A stretch of 31,871 bases of DNA, from positions 1-31,871 of the forward strand of contig CAXIUT010000241.1 in the NCBI GenBank assembly GCA_964035545.1. The letters are read 5' to 3'. The DNA comes from Bugula neritina (lineage: Eukaryota > Animalia > Bryozoa). How positions within the stretch are numbered: the first letter of the stretch is position 1; each line of letters starts with the position of its first letter. The position numbers and the translations under genes are program-made. Below are positions 1 to 12,265 of this stretch, one piece after another. A model generated the notes under the pieces. The model was not told where the DNA came from. It did no database searches and worked only from the letters and a program-made list of their open reading frames with translations.

Positions 1-91
1 GAAGTAAATAAGTATATTTTCATTATATTAGGTGATAAAAGAATGAAATATATAATATTAGCTTCAATTATCATCATTAGAGATATATTTA

Positions 92-961
92 TCATTGTAT
101 TTAATAAAAATTTACTATTAATCTACTGGTGTAAATATAATTAGAAAATATAATCAAAAACAAATCCAATTTTATTTAAATAATGATAAAATATGATTCA
201 AAAGATTAAATATAACATGAATAACAAAGCAAAAAAACAACTATCTGCATTAATTGATAAGTACTTAAATTCATTTAATGTTTAGTTTGCCTTTTAATTC
301 TTTAATCATGATAAGATTGATATACTTGGTGCTAGTCAGGATATTGAGAACTAATGCTTTACCAAATCGGATAGTACTTATGATCATTTGTCAAGTAGTA
401 CCATACTTTTTGTATTTATTTTTATACTATCATCGAATAGACTCCAACTCCATCTTTCTTCAAATCAAATACAGTCCGATTGTCTTCATCTACTTCCACA
501 AAAATAGATGAGTAAAATGTAGTCTAAAAGTTGAAAGTTATATTGAAATGACTTGAATAGCAAACCAACAAAAATTTAAATTATTTCTAACTTAAATAAG
601 TGATATTGTTTTTAGTATTTAGACAAGGAGGACTATCCCATCTATGTGATAATTTAATCGTGATAAAAATATGAGTTTTATTTTGACTCCATTTTATCAC
701 TGGCTATATCTGAGAGGACTCAACCACTATTTCCTGGTCGATTATTTTTAGTCTTTGGATTTATTATTTTAGAGCATTTTTAAATTACTCTTTTTATTAT
801 TCAGTAGCTCCTTGTTGAAGAGAAAGTAGTTGATTGATGTTTCCATTTTGAAGACATTATTTAAAAGTAATTGCTGATGAGTCAGTACTGGGTTGAATAT
901 CTGACTGTGAAGCGAGTTGGCATAGAAGAAACATAAATACTATCGATAGTTCTATCTGCAT
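92..961 (-). CDS. Signal-peptide-bearing CS/p23 (HSP20-like chaperone fold) domain protein; 3' end uncertain
   Basis: With TAR=Glu there is an open frame from ATG 961 (MQIELSIVFMFLLCQLASQ, hydrophobic leader) through PVIKWSQNKTHIFITIKLSHRWDSPPCL, which resembles the CS-domain start motif seen in alveolate proteins. First in-frame TGA is at 92-94; the last ~60 codons look like poor coding sequence. Confidence 0.6.
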
Positions 962-1081
962 TTATGATTTAAATCAATACAAATTGTAAAGAAAGATCAT
1001 AATTTTAATAAAAATATTGATTAAAATAATATTTTCTATGGCTAGTAAGTCAAATATTTATAAATAACTATGAATAATTGA

Positions 1082-1835
1082 TCATGGACTATCGTTTTAA
1101 GAAGATTTCTTTTTAGTTTATGAAGATTATTTCTTTGGTATAAATTGAACATGCCTTTCAAAGAAATTTATTAGAGCTAAATAGTGGTTTTCTTTTGTGA
1201 TTTCATCTCGAGACATCCATCTTATCTCTTCATTATCTATCACCAAATAAAGATATCTGTCATCTTTTCGATACATCTCTTCTACTCTAAAATTTTCATC
1301 GATAAATTCTGAGCTATTTAGCTTTTAATGACAAACATCCTAGCTCACTTAGAGATCAACTCTGTTACTATTGGTACTTTGGGTCAATAGAAGATTCTTT
1401 TTTGGTTTTCTTCCTCTTTTTGCTGGGCATTTGAATTCCTTCTATATCTTTTTTGACTTAGAATTTCTAATGTTATTGTGATCGTCTATTTATTCTTTAT
1501 TAATGTTTTACTTTATTGATGGATAGTCATTGAATTCATCAGCAATCAAGTCATAGATATTTTTATTTTTATTTGAATATTAATCTAAATAACAATAATT
1601 TTACCTTTATTTATCTATTAAAGATTGATAGGATCTGATTTATTGTGTTGTCTTTCATATGAAAGAATCAAATCATTACAAGTTTTTAGATTATTAGTCT
1701 TTTCCCAAGTAGACTAATTCTCTTAGAAACCTTTCCATCTTACTCTATACTCAACCTTTTCTAACTATTTATAAACTTACTTGTTAAAGGATTGATTCTT
1801 TTTCCAGTTATGGCCTAGACTATGAATAGACTCAT
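1082..1835 (-). CDS. HP1-like chromodomain protein (chromodomain, AT-hook-like hinge, probable chromoshadow domain), 237 aa
   Basis: MSLFIVEAITGKRINPLTKKVEYRVRWKGFEENESTWEKTNNLKTCNDLILSYE is a canonical chromodomain. Hinge contains KRGRKPKK; C-terminal LALINFFERHVQF is chromoshadow-like. Two 20-nt GT-AG introns (1761-1780, 1585-1604) restore the frame. Confidence 0.85.
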
Positions 1836-2040
1836 TTTTAGGAGGTAAATATTATAGAATCAAATAGTATATATAGACAGATAAAGTGAATGATTAATTA
1901 TTAAAATAGTACCAAACTTCTTTTAAAAAGAAGTCATCAATAATATCATTTATGATTTTTGTTTATCCTTTTGTTTATAGTATGTTATGTCACTAATATG
2001 ACTATCATTATAAATTCAATGATTCAATAAAGATAATTAA

Positions 2041-5000
2041 AAGATAATTGACTGAACGATCATTTATCGAGGTTGAACAAATGTTGTTTGATTCTATAGT
2101 CTGCATCAACAACTTTGATGAACAAATTCTTATTCTCTTTCTCCACTGTCATTTTGTATTTCACTATTTCATGGTAGTTCTTGATTCTAAAGCTAAAGGT
2201 CTCACATACTCCTCCCACAAAAACATTCACATTGACCTTGCTGTAGATCATGCCGTCGAGTTCTTCTTTCTTAAGAGTAGAGTTGCTGTCGATCAAATTG
2301 TAGAAGTCAAATTTATAACTGTAGACAGCCTTTTGAGTATGAAGAGCATCTGAATGATAAGTAAGATCATCAGCAGTAATTTATCTAAAAGCAGAAGTTG
2401 TATTTTTACCGCTTTGAACTCTTATGGCGTCAAGAGAAACTTCAAGATTGAAATCTTCTTTAATTGGGTCTTCACCTGTATAAAAAACATCCATAATTAC
2501 TTGTTCAGCTCCTTATATATATTTGAGATGAATATGATCTTTAGAGCTGGTAATATCAATAAATCTGCTGACATCGACTGGTTCTTGAACCTGTTTCATG
2601 TTGCCAATAAGTCTGCTATCAAAAAGAACTTCTTCAAGAAGGATGTTATTGATCATGAGCCAGAGTCTGTGATTTCTTTCTTCAAGTTGTTCATTCATGT
2701 TTATTACTTTGAATTTGAAATCTCCACAACCAACACACTGATTTGCTTTAGCAGCCTTTCCAAAGAGAGGTAAAATCAAAACTGTGATACTTCCTTGCAA
2801 AAACTTTAACTCATCATATTCGAGGTGATAATCTCTTTCAACTAATATCTTTGCTAGTTTTTAAAGATTTGCAGTGAAGACATAAGTTCCATTTGGGATA
2901 GTTGATTTATACTTAAGCATGAGAAGAAGTCCCTTATTGACCAATTTCTTGTAGTATTTTTCAGATTGAGGGCGATGAACCTTTTGAAGAGCTAACTTTA
3001 TACCTTATTGAAGACGAATATTATATCTATTAACCTGATTTGTCATAGCTGTTAGATATTGTGGAATGTATGGTGAAGGAAAATCTCCAAGAGGTTTAGT
3101 GATATTAGCTAAGGTTTTTGAGGTTGGATTGTAGGTTGTTTCAAATATTTAGTAGTCATAACTTGCATTGAAAGAACTGAAGCCAGAGAACTAAGCAAAA
3201 TTTGAAGTATTTTGAGGAATATAGAAGCGGTCATAGAACTCTTTGAGATGATAGGAAGCTCTTAGCTAAGATGGACTTCTCATCATGAAAGGATAGGCTT
3301 GTAGATCTGATTTTATACTGTTAGCTGTAAGTCCAAGTTATTTGGCTTTTTATACCTGCCATTAGAAATCTCCTCTTCTTGCCACTTCAAAAACAAACTT
3401 GGGATCACACCATTCGATGATTGGATAGGTTCCTAACATCTTTTCATCTTGATTTGGATTGAGAATAGGATCAAAATACTGTTGTCTACTACCTCTAGTA
3501 AAGAGTTTTCTATACATTAGGTTAGCTTGTGAACTATTGTTGCACATTCTGACTTTCATTTCTAACATAACATCAATCCAAGAATGGTACGGGAAGAACA
3601 TCATGTTAGTGAGGGAGAAATTTCCATCAATCATGCTAAAATGCATGTTGTTATGCATTGTGTTGTGTGAATTTTAGATAGTAAGGCCTGTAGGATCAAG
3701 GTAATCTGCTAGATTTGCATAGCTTTCGTTGAGGAGAGCATATCCTAGCTGGTAGTGAGGAAGAGCTCTATTATAGCTGGCTTTATTGGATATTTAGTTG
3801 ATATTTCCTTTCATTTCATCTTAGTTCAGATATTGCATATTGTACTCTTTGTTATCAGAACTGAATCTACCTCCATAGTTGACTAAGATTTATCCTTCAT
3901 TTTGATAGAGAAGATTCATTTTTTATTTTGTTGCCTGGAATTTTTGATAATTTCTATCTCCAGTTTTATTCATGCTTCGAGGGTATGTGGTATTATTGTC
4001 CTGAAAAGTAGCAAATCCTTAATAGGTTTAGAAGAATTTATTGAAGTCATTGTTGTTTTCTCTGGGATTTAAATTTCCTTGTGCCATTTCATTTTCATTT
4101 GAGGTATAATTAAAAGGCTCATGAAAATAATGATAGTTTTACATTTGATGAATGAAGTTAGATTTATCTTCTTCAAAGTGAACTGAAGAATTAAACCAGC
4201 GAGTCTTCGTATTAATCTCATAAGGGTAAGAACCTCGAGCTTTTTAGTGAAGTACATCCAAATCATCCAAATCATGAGGGAATAAAGCAGGATCTGCAAG
4301 TTCAACAGGGATCACCAAGTCATTTCTGTTGTTATAGTTGGTTGGGTTCCAGTAGTGAGCCATCACTTTTCCCTTAACAGGAGCAAGTTGTTTGTATGCA
4401 TTCAAAACTGACTTCCAACGATCTTGATCTAAAGCATAAACTGTTGGGAATTTAGTCCCAAAAGCTTAAGGAGTGAGTCTTAGGCATTCATCAGCATAGT
4501 TCAGTCTCATCTCCATATGGAACATCAGATGTCTATGATAATGGGCAAAGAAGAAACTTCCATGTTAGCAGCATGTTCCGTGATTGGCAATCAGCTCATC
4601 ATAGCAGCAAGTAGGTTCAACTTGGTTGTAAGGCTAAGGTGCTCCCTAAGGTCCTGAAGTTCCTAATGACCAGAAATATCTAGACTTCATAGCTTCGAAA
4701 GGTGGGAGGATTCCTAGCATTTTAAGACACCAGAAGTATTGCTGTCTTTCAGATGATGACAAAGCTTGGATGTTCTTTCTGACTCCAACAACTTCCATGG
4801 ATATGTAATATCTTATATCTGGTATCTCGTTTATCTAGATATAAAGGGCTATTTTGACTCTAAAAAAATAATTAAACGCCAGTCTCTTCAAATGTATATC
4901 ACAAGAAAGAGCAGAAGATTTTACCATATTATTGAAGTTTTTAGTAAATTCTACCTTGTTCTCCATCTTATTTGAAAAAAACTATTTTTAATTAATCATA

Positions 5001-5760
5001 ACCAGTGAAGTTTTAATAAAAATCTCCAAAAGAGGTCTTTTATCTTTTAGAATGTTTTTGATAACTTTTGGACGCAAAGGATACAAACTTTATCTGAAAA
5101 AAGATAATATTCTTGAAAAAATAGTTTAAAAATTGATAAAAAACATTCTCTCTCAGAGATGAGAGGGTGAGTAGTTGATAAAAAAACTTAAAATTGCTTA
5201 ATTTTCATTTACAATATTTATTTTCTTTGATTTTTGACTTAGATACGAATATTACTAAATCACACGTATTATCATAATGAATTAATATAACTTTATCCTA
5301 TTAAGATAAAAATAAAAACATTTCGAATTATATCATAGTGATCATATTCAAGTTCCATAACAATCACAAGGATCATCTAGCGTCATTTCGTTGTTCGAAT
5401 ATTGACTTAAGAAGAATTAGTTAAGAAAAAAAATGATCATGATAGTCTCATAAAATCACCATTTCGATTGATACAATCAAAATAATAAAGAATCAGTTAG
5501 TTGAACATAGAAGGACTTTACTGTCAAGTTATATGTCAACTTGGATGAAGTTAGGGAGGTGGATATCAATCATAAAATGAGAATTATCTGAACAACCAAA
5601 AGTCATAGACAAGAAAAGACAACAAAAAAGAGTCTTTTCTAGTGATATCTTAAGTTTATTTACTTCTCTACTTAAAAAGTAGTCAAAGATATAAGACTCA
5701 AACCAATCTTTTGTAAGGAAGTAAATTCATAGCTTTGATATTGATAATTATATAAGAAAT
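2041..5760. repeat. Tandem segmental duplication, unit 1 (~3.8 kb: tyrosinase-like gene plus ~0.95 kb upstream DNA)
   Basis: Aligns by eye with 5841-9580 across CDS, the 3' flank (ataattgactgaa) and the upstream non-coding DNA. Boundaries approximate. Confidence 0.9.
2060..4798 (-). CDS. Tyrosinase-like type-3 di-copper protein, copy 1 (912 aa, intronless)
   Basis: N-terminal VRKNIQALSSSERQQY; CuA NHGTCCEHGSFFFAHYHR; CuB IENSHNTMH...FFPYHSWID. The ORF-track pieces 3362-3658, 2513-2800 and 2060-2296 are all one frame when TAR=Glu. Confidence 0.85.
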
Positions 5761-5840
5761 TATTTGAATAAATATTGTCTGAGAATAGTGTAGATATGCA
5801 ATGAATATTTATTGACAATCGTGATAAAATAAAATTATTT

Positions 5841-8800
5841 TAAAATAATTGACTGAATGATCACTTATCGAGGCTGAAAAACAGCTGTTTAACTCTGTAA
5901 TCTGCATCTACAACTCTGACGAACAACTTTTTGTTCTCCTTCTCCACTGTCATTTTGTATTTCACTATTTCATGGTAGCTCTTGATCTTAAAACTGAAGG
6001 TCTCACATAATCCTCCCGCAAAAACATTCACATTTACCTTACTGTAGATCATACCATCGAGTTCTTCTATCTTGAGAGCAGAGTTGCTTTCAGCCAAGTT
6101 GTAGAAGTCGAATTTGTAAGAATAGACAGCCTTTTGAGTATGAAGAGCATCTGAAAGATAAGTAAGATCATCAGCAGTGATTTCTTTGCTAGCAGAACTT
6201 GAATCTTTACCACTTTGAACTCTTATGGCGTCAAGAGATACTTCAAGATTGAAATCTTCTTTAATTAGGTCTTCGCCTGTATAAAGAACATCCATGATTA
6301 CTTATTCTGCTCCTTAGATATACTTTAAATTAAACTGATCATTTAGATTAGTTATTTCAATAAGGTTGCTTATATCAACAGGTTCTTTTGTTGGTTTTAT
6401 CTCACTCTTAAGTCTGCTATCAAAAAGAACTTCTTCAAGAAGGACGTTGTTGAGCAGAAGCCAGAGTCTATGATTTCTTCTTTGAAGTTATTCATTCATG
6501 TTGATAATTTTGAATTTGGTTTCTCCACAGCTGATGCAGTCTTTCGCTCTCTCAGCCTTACCAAAAATAGATAAGAAATAAACTGGAATTTCTCCTTGCA
6601 AAAACTTTAACTCATCTTTTTCTAGGTGATAGTCTCTTTCAACTAATATTTTAGCCAAATTTGAAAGGTTTGCATTCAAGATATAATTTCCATTGGAGAT
6701 GCTTGATTTATATTTTACCATCAGAAGATTTCCCCTATCGACCAATTTTTTTTGATATTTCAGAGATTGATGATGATGAAACTGTTTATTGACATTCATA
6801 AACCTTTAAGCAATGATATCATGGTAAATATTAACCTAATTTTTCATAGCTGTTAGATATTGAGGGATGTATGGCGAAGGAAAATTTCCGAGAGGTTGGT
6901 TTATATTAGTTAAGGTTTGGGTTATTGGATTATAAGTTGTTTCAAATATTTAATAATCATAACTTGCATTGAAAGAGCTAAAGCCAGAAAATTAAGCAAA
7001 ATTTTAGATATTTTGAGGAATGTAGTACTGATCATAGAACTCTTTGAGTTCATAAGAAAGTCTAAGTTTGAGAGGATTTTTCATAATGTAAGGATAAGAG
7101 GGGAATGCTTACTTGATGCTGTCTATGGTGAGTCCAAGCTTTTTGCACTATTTAACTTAATTCTCAAAAGAATGATCTTACATTTTTTGTACTTTGTGAA
7201 CAAACCTGGGATTGCTCCATTCAAGGATAGGATAAGTTCCAAAACTTATTTTATCTTGATTAGGATTAAGAATGGGATCAAATTTTTGGATGGTTCTACT
7301 TTGATTGAGCTTGAAATTCATATTATTGGCTTGGAGGGGGTTATCACACATTCTAACTTTCATTTCTAACATGATATCGATCCAAGAATGGTAAGGGAAA
7401 AACATCATGTTAGTAATAGAGAAGTCTCCATCAATCATACTAAAATGCATGTTGTTGTGCATTGTGTTATGAGAATTTTAGATAGATTTTGATTTCTTCC
7501 CATGTTAAAGATATTTAGTTAATAAGTCATAATTTCTATTGAAAAGAGAGTAGCCAAGTTGATAATGAGGAACAGAATCATTATAAGTTATTTTATTGGG
7601 CCTTTAAAATATATTTTAACCTATTTCATTTTGATTGAGATATTGCATGTTGTATACTTTTTTTTCTTCATTAAATCTTCCTCCATAGTTAACTAAGATT
7701 TATCCTTCATTTTGATAGAGAAGATTCATTTTTTATCTGGTTGCTTAGAACTTTTGATAATTTCTATTTGCAGTTTTATACATGCTTCGAGGGTATATTA
7801 TTTTTTTATTTTAGCGCTGAAAAGTAGAAAAATTTTTATATGTTTAAAAAAAGTTATTAAAGTCATTGTTGTTTTATCTAGGATTAAATTTTCCTGCTAT
7901 CATTTCATCTTCTTTTGAATCATAGTTAAAAGGATGAGGATGAAAATAATGATTACGTTTCATTAACTCAATAAGTTTTTACCTTTGTTCTTCAAAGCGA
8001 GCTGAAGAATTAAACCAACGAGTCTTTGTATTAATCTCATAAGGATAAGAACCTCTAGCCTTCATAAAAAGTTCATCTATCTCATCCAACTTATGAGGGA
8101 ATAGAGCTGGGTCTGCAAGTTATATCGGAATAATTAAATCTTTTGCATTGTTGTAATTGGTTGGGTTCCAATAATGAGCCATCACTTTACCTTTGAAAAG
8201 AGAAATCTACTTGTATTTATTCAAAACTGATTTCCAAAGAATTTGGTCCATATCATAAACTTCTGGAAATTTAGCTGCAAAGGCTTCAGGAGTGAGTCTT
8301 AGGCACTCATCTGCATAGTTTATCCTCATCTCAAAAGAAAAAACTAAGTTTCGATGATAATGGGCAAAGAAGAAGCTTCCATGTTAGCAGCATGTTGAGT
8401 GATTGGCAATCAGCTCATCATAGCAGCAAGTAGGTTCAACTTGGTTGTAAGGCTAAGGTGCTCCCTAAGGTCCTGAAGTTCCTAATGACCAGAAATATCT
8501 AGACTTCATAGCTTTAAAGGGTGGGAGGATTCCTAGCATTTTGATACACCAGAAGTATTGTTGTCTTTCAGACTAGGATAAAGTTTGGATGTTCTTTCTT
8601 ACTCCAACAACTTCCATGGATATGAAATATCTTATATCTGAGTATCTGATATCGCTAGATATAAAGGACTATTTTTGCTCTCCAATAATAGTTAAACGCC
8701 AGCTTAATAAAAAGTTTATTACAAGAAAAAGCAGAAGATTTTACGTTATTATTGAAGTTTTTAATGAATTCTACCTTGTTCTCCATCTTTTTCGATATTG

Positions 8801-9580
8801 ATTATTTTCAATTTTTTTGGAAATCAATTGAATTTTTAATAGTAGTCTGATAATTGTGTCTTTTTCCTTCTGGCAGGTTATTTTAACATTTGGATATAAA
8901 TTTTTTATAAAAAAAGATGATGTTTAGAAAAAAAAGTAGTCTAAAACTAAATGAAAATTATCTCACTTGAGATGAGAAGGTGGGTAGCTGATAGAAAGGT
9001 ATAAAATAGTTAAATACTAATTAATAAGATGTTTTTTGTTTTTATTTATGAACTAGATACTAAAATAACTAAATCATCCATCTTATCATAATAAATCAAG
9101 CAAACTTGATTTACTGATAAGATAAAAATAAAACCTTTTAAATCTTATCGAAATGCTTATATTTAGGTACAAGAACAATCGAAATGATGATCTAACATCA
9201 TTTAGTTGTTCTAATTTTGATTTAAGTAAAATTAATTAAGAAAAATAATGATCATGATCACCTCGAAGAGTCACCATTTCGATCAATACAATCAAAATAA
9301 TAAAGAATAAGTTAGTTGAACCTAGTAGGACTCTACTGTCAAGTTATGTGTCAACTTGGATGAAGTTAAGGAGGTGGATATCAATCATAAAATGAACATT
9401 ATCAGAACAACCAAAAGTCATAGACAAGAAAAGAGAACAAAAAAAGAGTCTTTCTAATGATCTCTTCAGTTAATTTACTTCTTTGCTTTAAAAGTAGTCA
9501 AAAAATATGACTCAAACCGACCTTTTTGTCAGGTAGTAGAAGATTGATATATTCGATATCGATGATTATAGAAAAGAAAG
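5841..9580. repeat. Tandem segmental duplication, unit 2
   Basis: Direct repeat of 2041-5760 at an offset of about 3.8 kb. Boundaries approximate. Confidence 0.9.
5861..8617 (-). CDS. Tyrosinase-like type-3 di-copper protein, copy 2 (918 aa, intronless)
   Basis: Full-length paralog of copy 1: CuA NHSTCCEHGSFFFAHYHR, CuB IENSHNTMH...FFPYHSWID. ORF-track pieces 7178-7462, 6488-6799 and 5861-6295 join in one frame. Confidence 0.85.
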
Positions 9581-9844
9581 TATAAATTAACACTGTACGA
9601 TAGTATAGTTAGTCAGGTAATAATGATAGTACTGAATTAAAATATATTCTGCATGGCCAGCATAGAGCCTTATCTTATTTTAGTGAAGAAAAATACTTCA
9701 ACAGAAGAATTAAACAATATTAATTTATTCTTTAAATATATCAATAATATAGAAGAGAATTATTTTGCCTATTAAATGATATTTAACTTGATATCTTTTA
9801 TAAGATGATATTAATATTAGTTTAAAAATAATTTCTAATATCTA

Positions 9845-11281
9845 TCATTCTTTAAGAAAGGGTTTATCTCCTTCTTTATATTTCTACGAAGGATATCTAA
9901 AAGGTAGCCATCTAAGAAGTTATTCATAACTATAATCGATAAATAATAGCCCTAGTTACTAGTTATTACAATTTATTTGACTTTAATCTAAATAACATGA
10001 AATATTACTTTTCTAGAAGACTCCCCAAGCAGCTTTAGTCAAATTATGACTCCCCATGTACAATATCACCTATTCTTACTCTTTCTCTCGAATTATTATG
10101 CTCTTCAAATGAGGTATATTTCCCTCAACTCCATTAAATACCGATGGCTCATAGCGATTAAACACTTGTTTTAGTATATTAGATTTTTAGTAATTTTATG
10201 GCATTAAAAAAAGAACCTAAGAAGCTCCACAGGTCTAGTGTTTGATATAATGATCAGTTGGATATATAATGTTGAATTTATTCATAGTTAGAAATCCACT
10301 TGATGGACAAAAAGAAGCATAGATCTATCTTGTATATTTTTAATCAAGTTTTCCTAAACTTGTGCAATTAGCAGTCAAAGTTGGATTCTTTCTTTTGTTG
10401 TATTTCCTCATTATCTTCCTTATTTTGCCTAATCCCACCTTCTACATCTACTTCTATCTAAATCTACCACCAAAACTAGGTATCAAAATAGCTTTAATAT
10501 TTTTAAATGAATAATCATCAAGATCTACCTTCATTTCTTTTAGAACATTATAACCCAAAGGTTGCATCTACTTAATAACCCATTTTAAAGTATCAACGAA
10601 ATCAGTCTAATAATCAAATTTTTATTCTTTATTTTATTCTTATTTATTAATATTTTTTTATGTTGATTCTTTGATGGGACAATCATGATACCAATACGAA
10701 TTTTGCCAGGCCATCCAATCATAGACATGATTATTACTAGTACAGACAACAACTCTAAGAAAAGTTGTAAATTTAATCAACCATAATTTAGTATGAAACA
10801 CACCATACCCCACATAATTTTTAGGCGGTGATAAAACAGTCATATTACTAAACCCCTCATACTTCTTAACAACCTTTCCCACTTTATTATCTTCAGTTCG
10901 ATTGAAAACAAACAAAGGGACTCCAGATTTAACTATCGGCTCAAATATTTACATCTAAAAACCATAATTAGTTATCATTATTGCTTCAACCTACCTACTC
11001 ACTGGTTTAGTAGCATAGCTTCTTATATCTGGCTGCAGTAAGTTTATTATCGATATTGTGTTGTATCGATCTGATGTTGGTCGTTTGTCGTAGATAAGGG
11101 TGTTAAGATATATTTTGTTTGGATATTCATTGGATTTGGGATGTTATTGGTGAATGATGTTGATAGATTTGGATAGCTATGGTTCAGGATAAGATTATTA
11201 TTGTTTTTTGTTTCTTGCTAGTCTTTCAAGATGGAGTTTTTTTAGCTAGTTGTTCTAGTTTTAGTAATTATCTTATTACAT
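9845..11281 (-). CDS. TDP1: Tyrosyl-DNA phosphodiesterase 1 (PLD superfamily)
   Basis: Both HKN motifs are present: GVFHTKLWLIKF...LRVVVCTSN...DW and IPHLKS...YMGSHNLTKAAWG, then ELGLLF and LPFRYP...Y...DKPF. Probable 21-nt intron at 9988-10008. Confidence 0.9.
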
Positions 11282-11385
11282 TAGATATATATTATAAGAA
11301 CCGCCTTAAAAGATAATATCAAAAATTTAAATTATATTTTAATTGATTTATATTAACTATTTATACATAATAAAACCAATTATTA

Positions 11386-12153
11386 TCACATTTCAGGTTC
11401 TATAACTTTGACAGTCGTTTAGAACTATCCTCTCAAAGTGACATAAATATTTTTCCAATCAAAACAAAAGCTAAGCAACCAAATCATCCCAGGAATAGCC
11501 AAATTCCATTCCATAATAACTGCAAAAGGATCATCATCATTGCTACTTCCCTCATTTATCAAACCAATAATACTATAAACAAAAGAACTCAATATATACA
11601 CAAATATAACACTTTTAAACAAAAGACTACCAGCACTGATAACAGGAGAATACCAACTCTTCATCTCCCTGAGTATGTAGGTAGCCACTTCGATGCTAAC
11701 AAACATCCATGCGAAATAAAAAACAGCACCAGGACCATGAATAGCTGTCGTTCCGCTGCCGTCGATAGTAGCTGTAGCGAAGTAAAGACCCAAAACTGAT
11801 ACCTGATTCCATGGTTAGAGCCATAGTTATACGGAATGAGGATAGTCTGTTTATTTTTTTAGTTTTGATATCCATCTGAAAAGGATAAAATAGATCAAAT
11901 TGAGAAAAGTACCTGAACCGCACATTATGAAACGGAATACTATGTCTTGAGGGTAGTGACATGCTGTGGCTGTGATAGTTGCGTTGGGAAAAGGTTTTTA
12001 TTGCTTTTGCTTTACTGCCATATGATAGGAGTAGAGGCATGAAAATATTTGGAGAGGAACTATGCACCAAAGTAGGTATTTAACATTGATGCCGCCATAA
12101 ATATGAGGCAGTCTTGGTCGATAGTTACTTTGTTTTTGAGATTAGCTGATCAT
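11386..12153 (-). CDS. Frag1/DRAM/Sfk1-like multi-pass membrane protein, paralog A (255 aa)
   Basis: Uninterrupted frame with about 6 hydrophobic segments; PFPNATITATACHYPQDIVFR, AIHGPGAVFYF and final-helix AVIMEW resemble this family. Confidence 0.7.
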
Positions 12154-12265
12154 ATTTTATTGAATATTGAATATCTAAGATATATTAAATCTTATTTATT
12201 GCTATAATAACCATTAATCTAAATAGGATAGTCATAATAAATCATATCAAAATATAAAAACAAAA

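Noticed and set aside
4799-4966. 56-codon in-frame N-terminal extension of tyrosinase copy 1 (ATG 4966)
   Set aside because: The matching ATG of copy 2 (8786) is out of frame by one base with no GT-AG intron to fix it, and MEVVGVRKNI is a typical tyrosinase start. It could be a uORF, but there is no support.
5699-5714. Resemblance to the Tetrahymena chromosome breakage sequence (AAACCAA..)
   Set aside because: Several mismatches to the 15-bp Cbs, not conserved in the duplicate, and not near a telomere.
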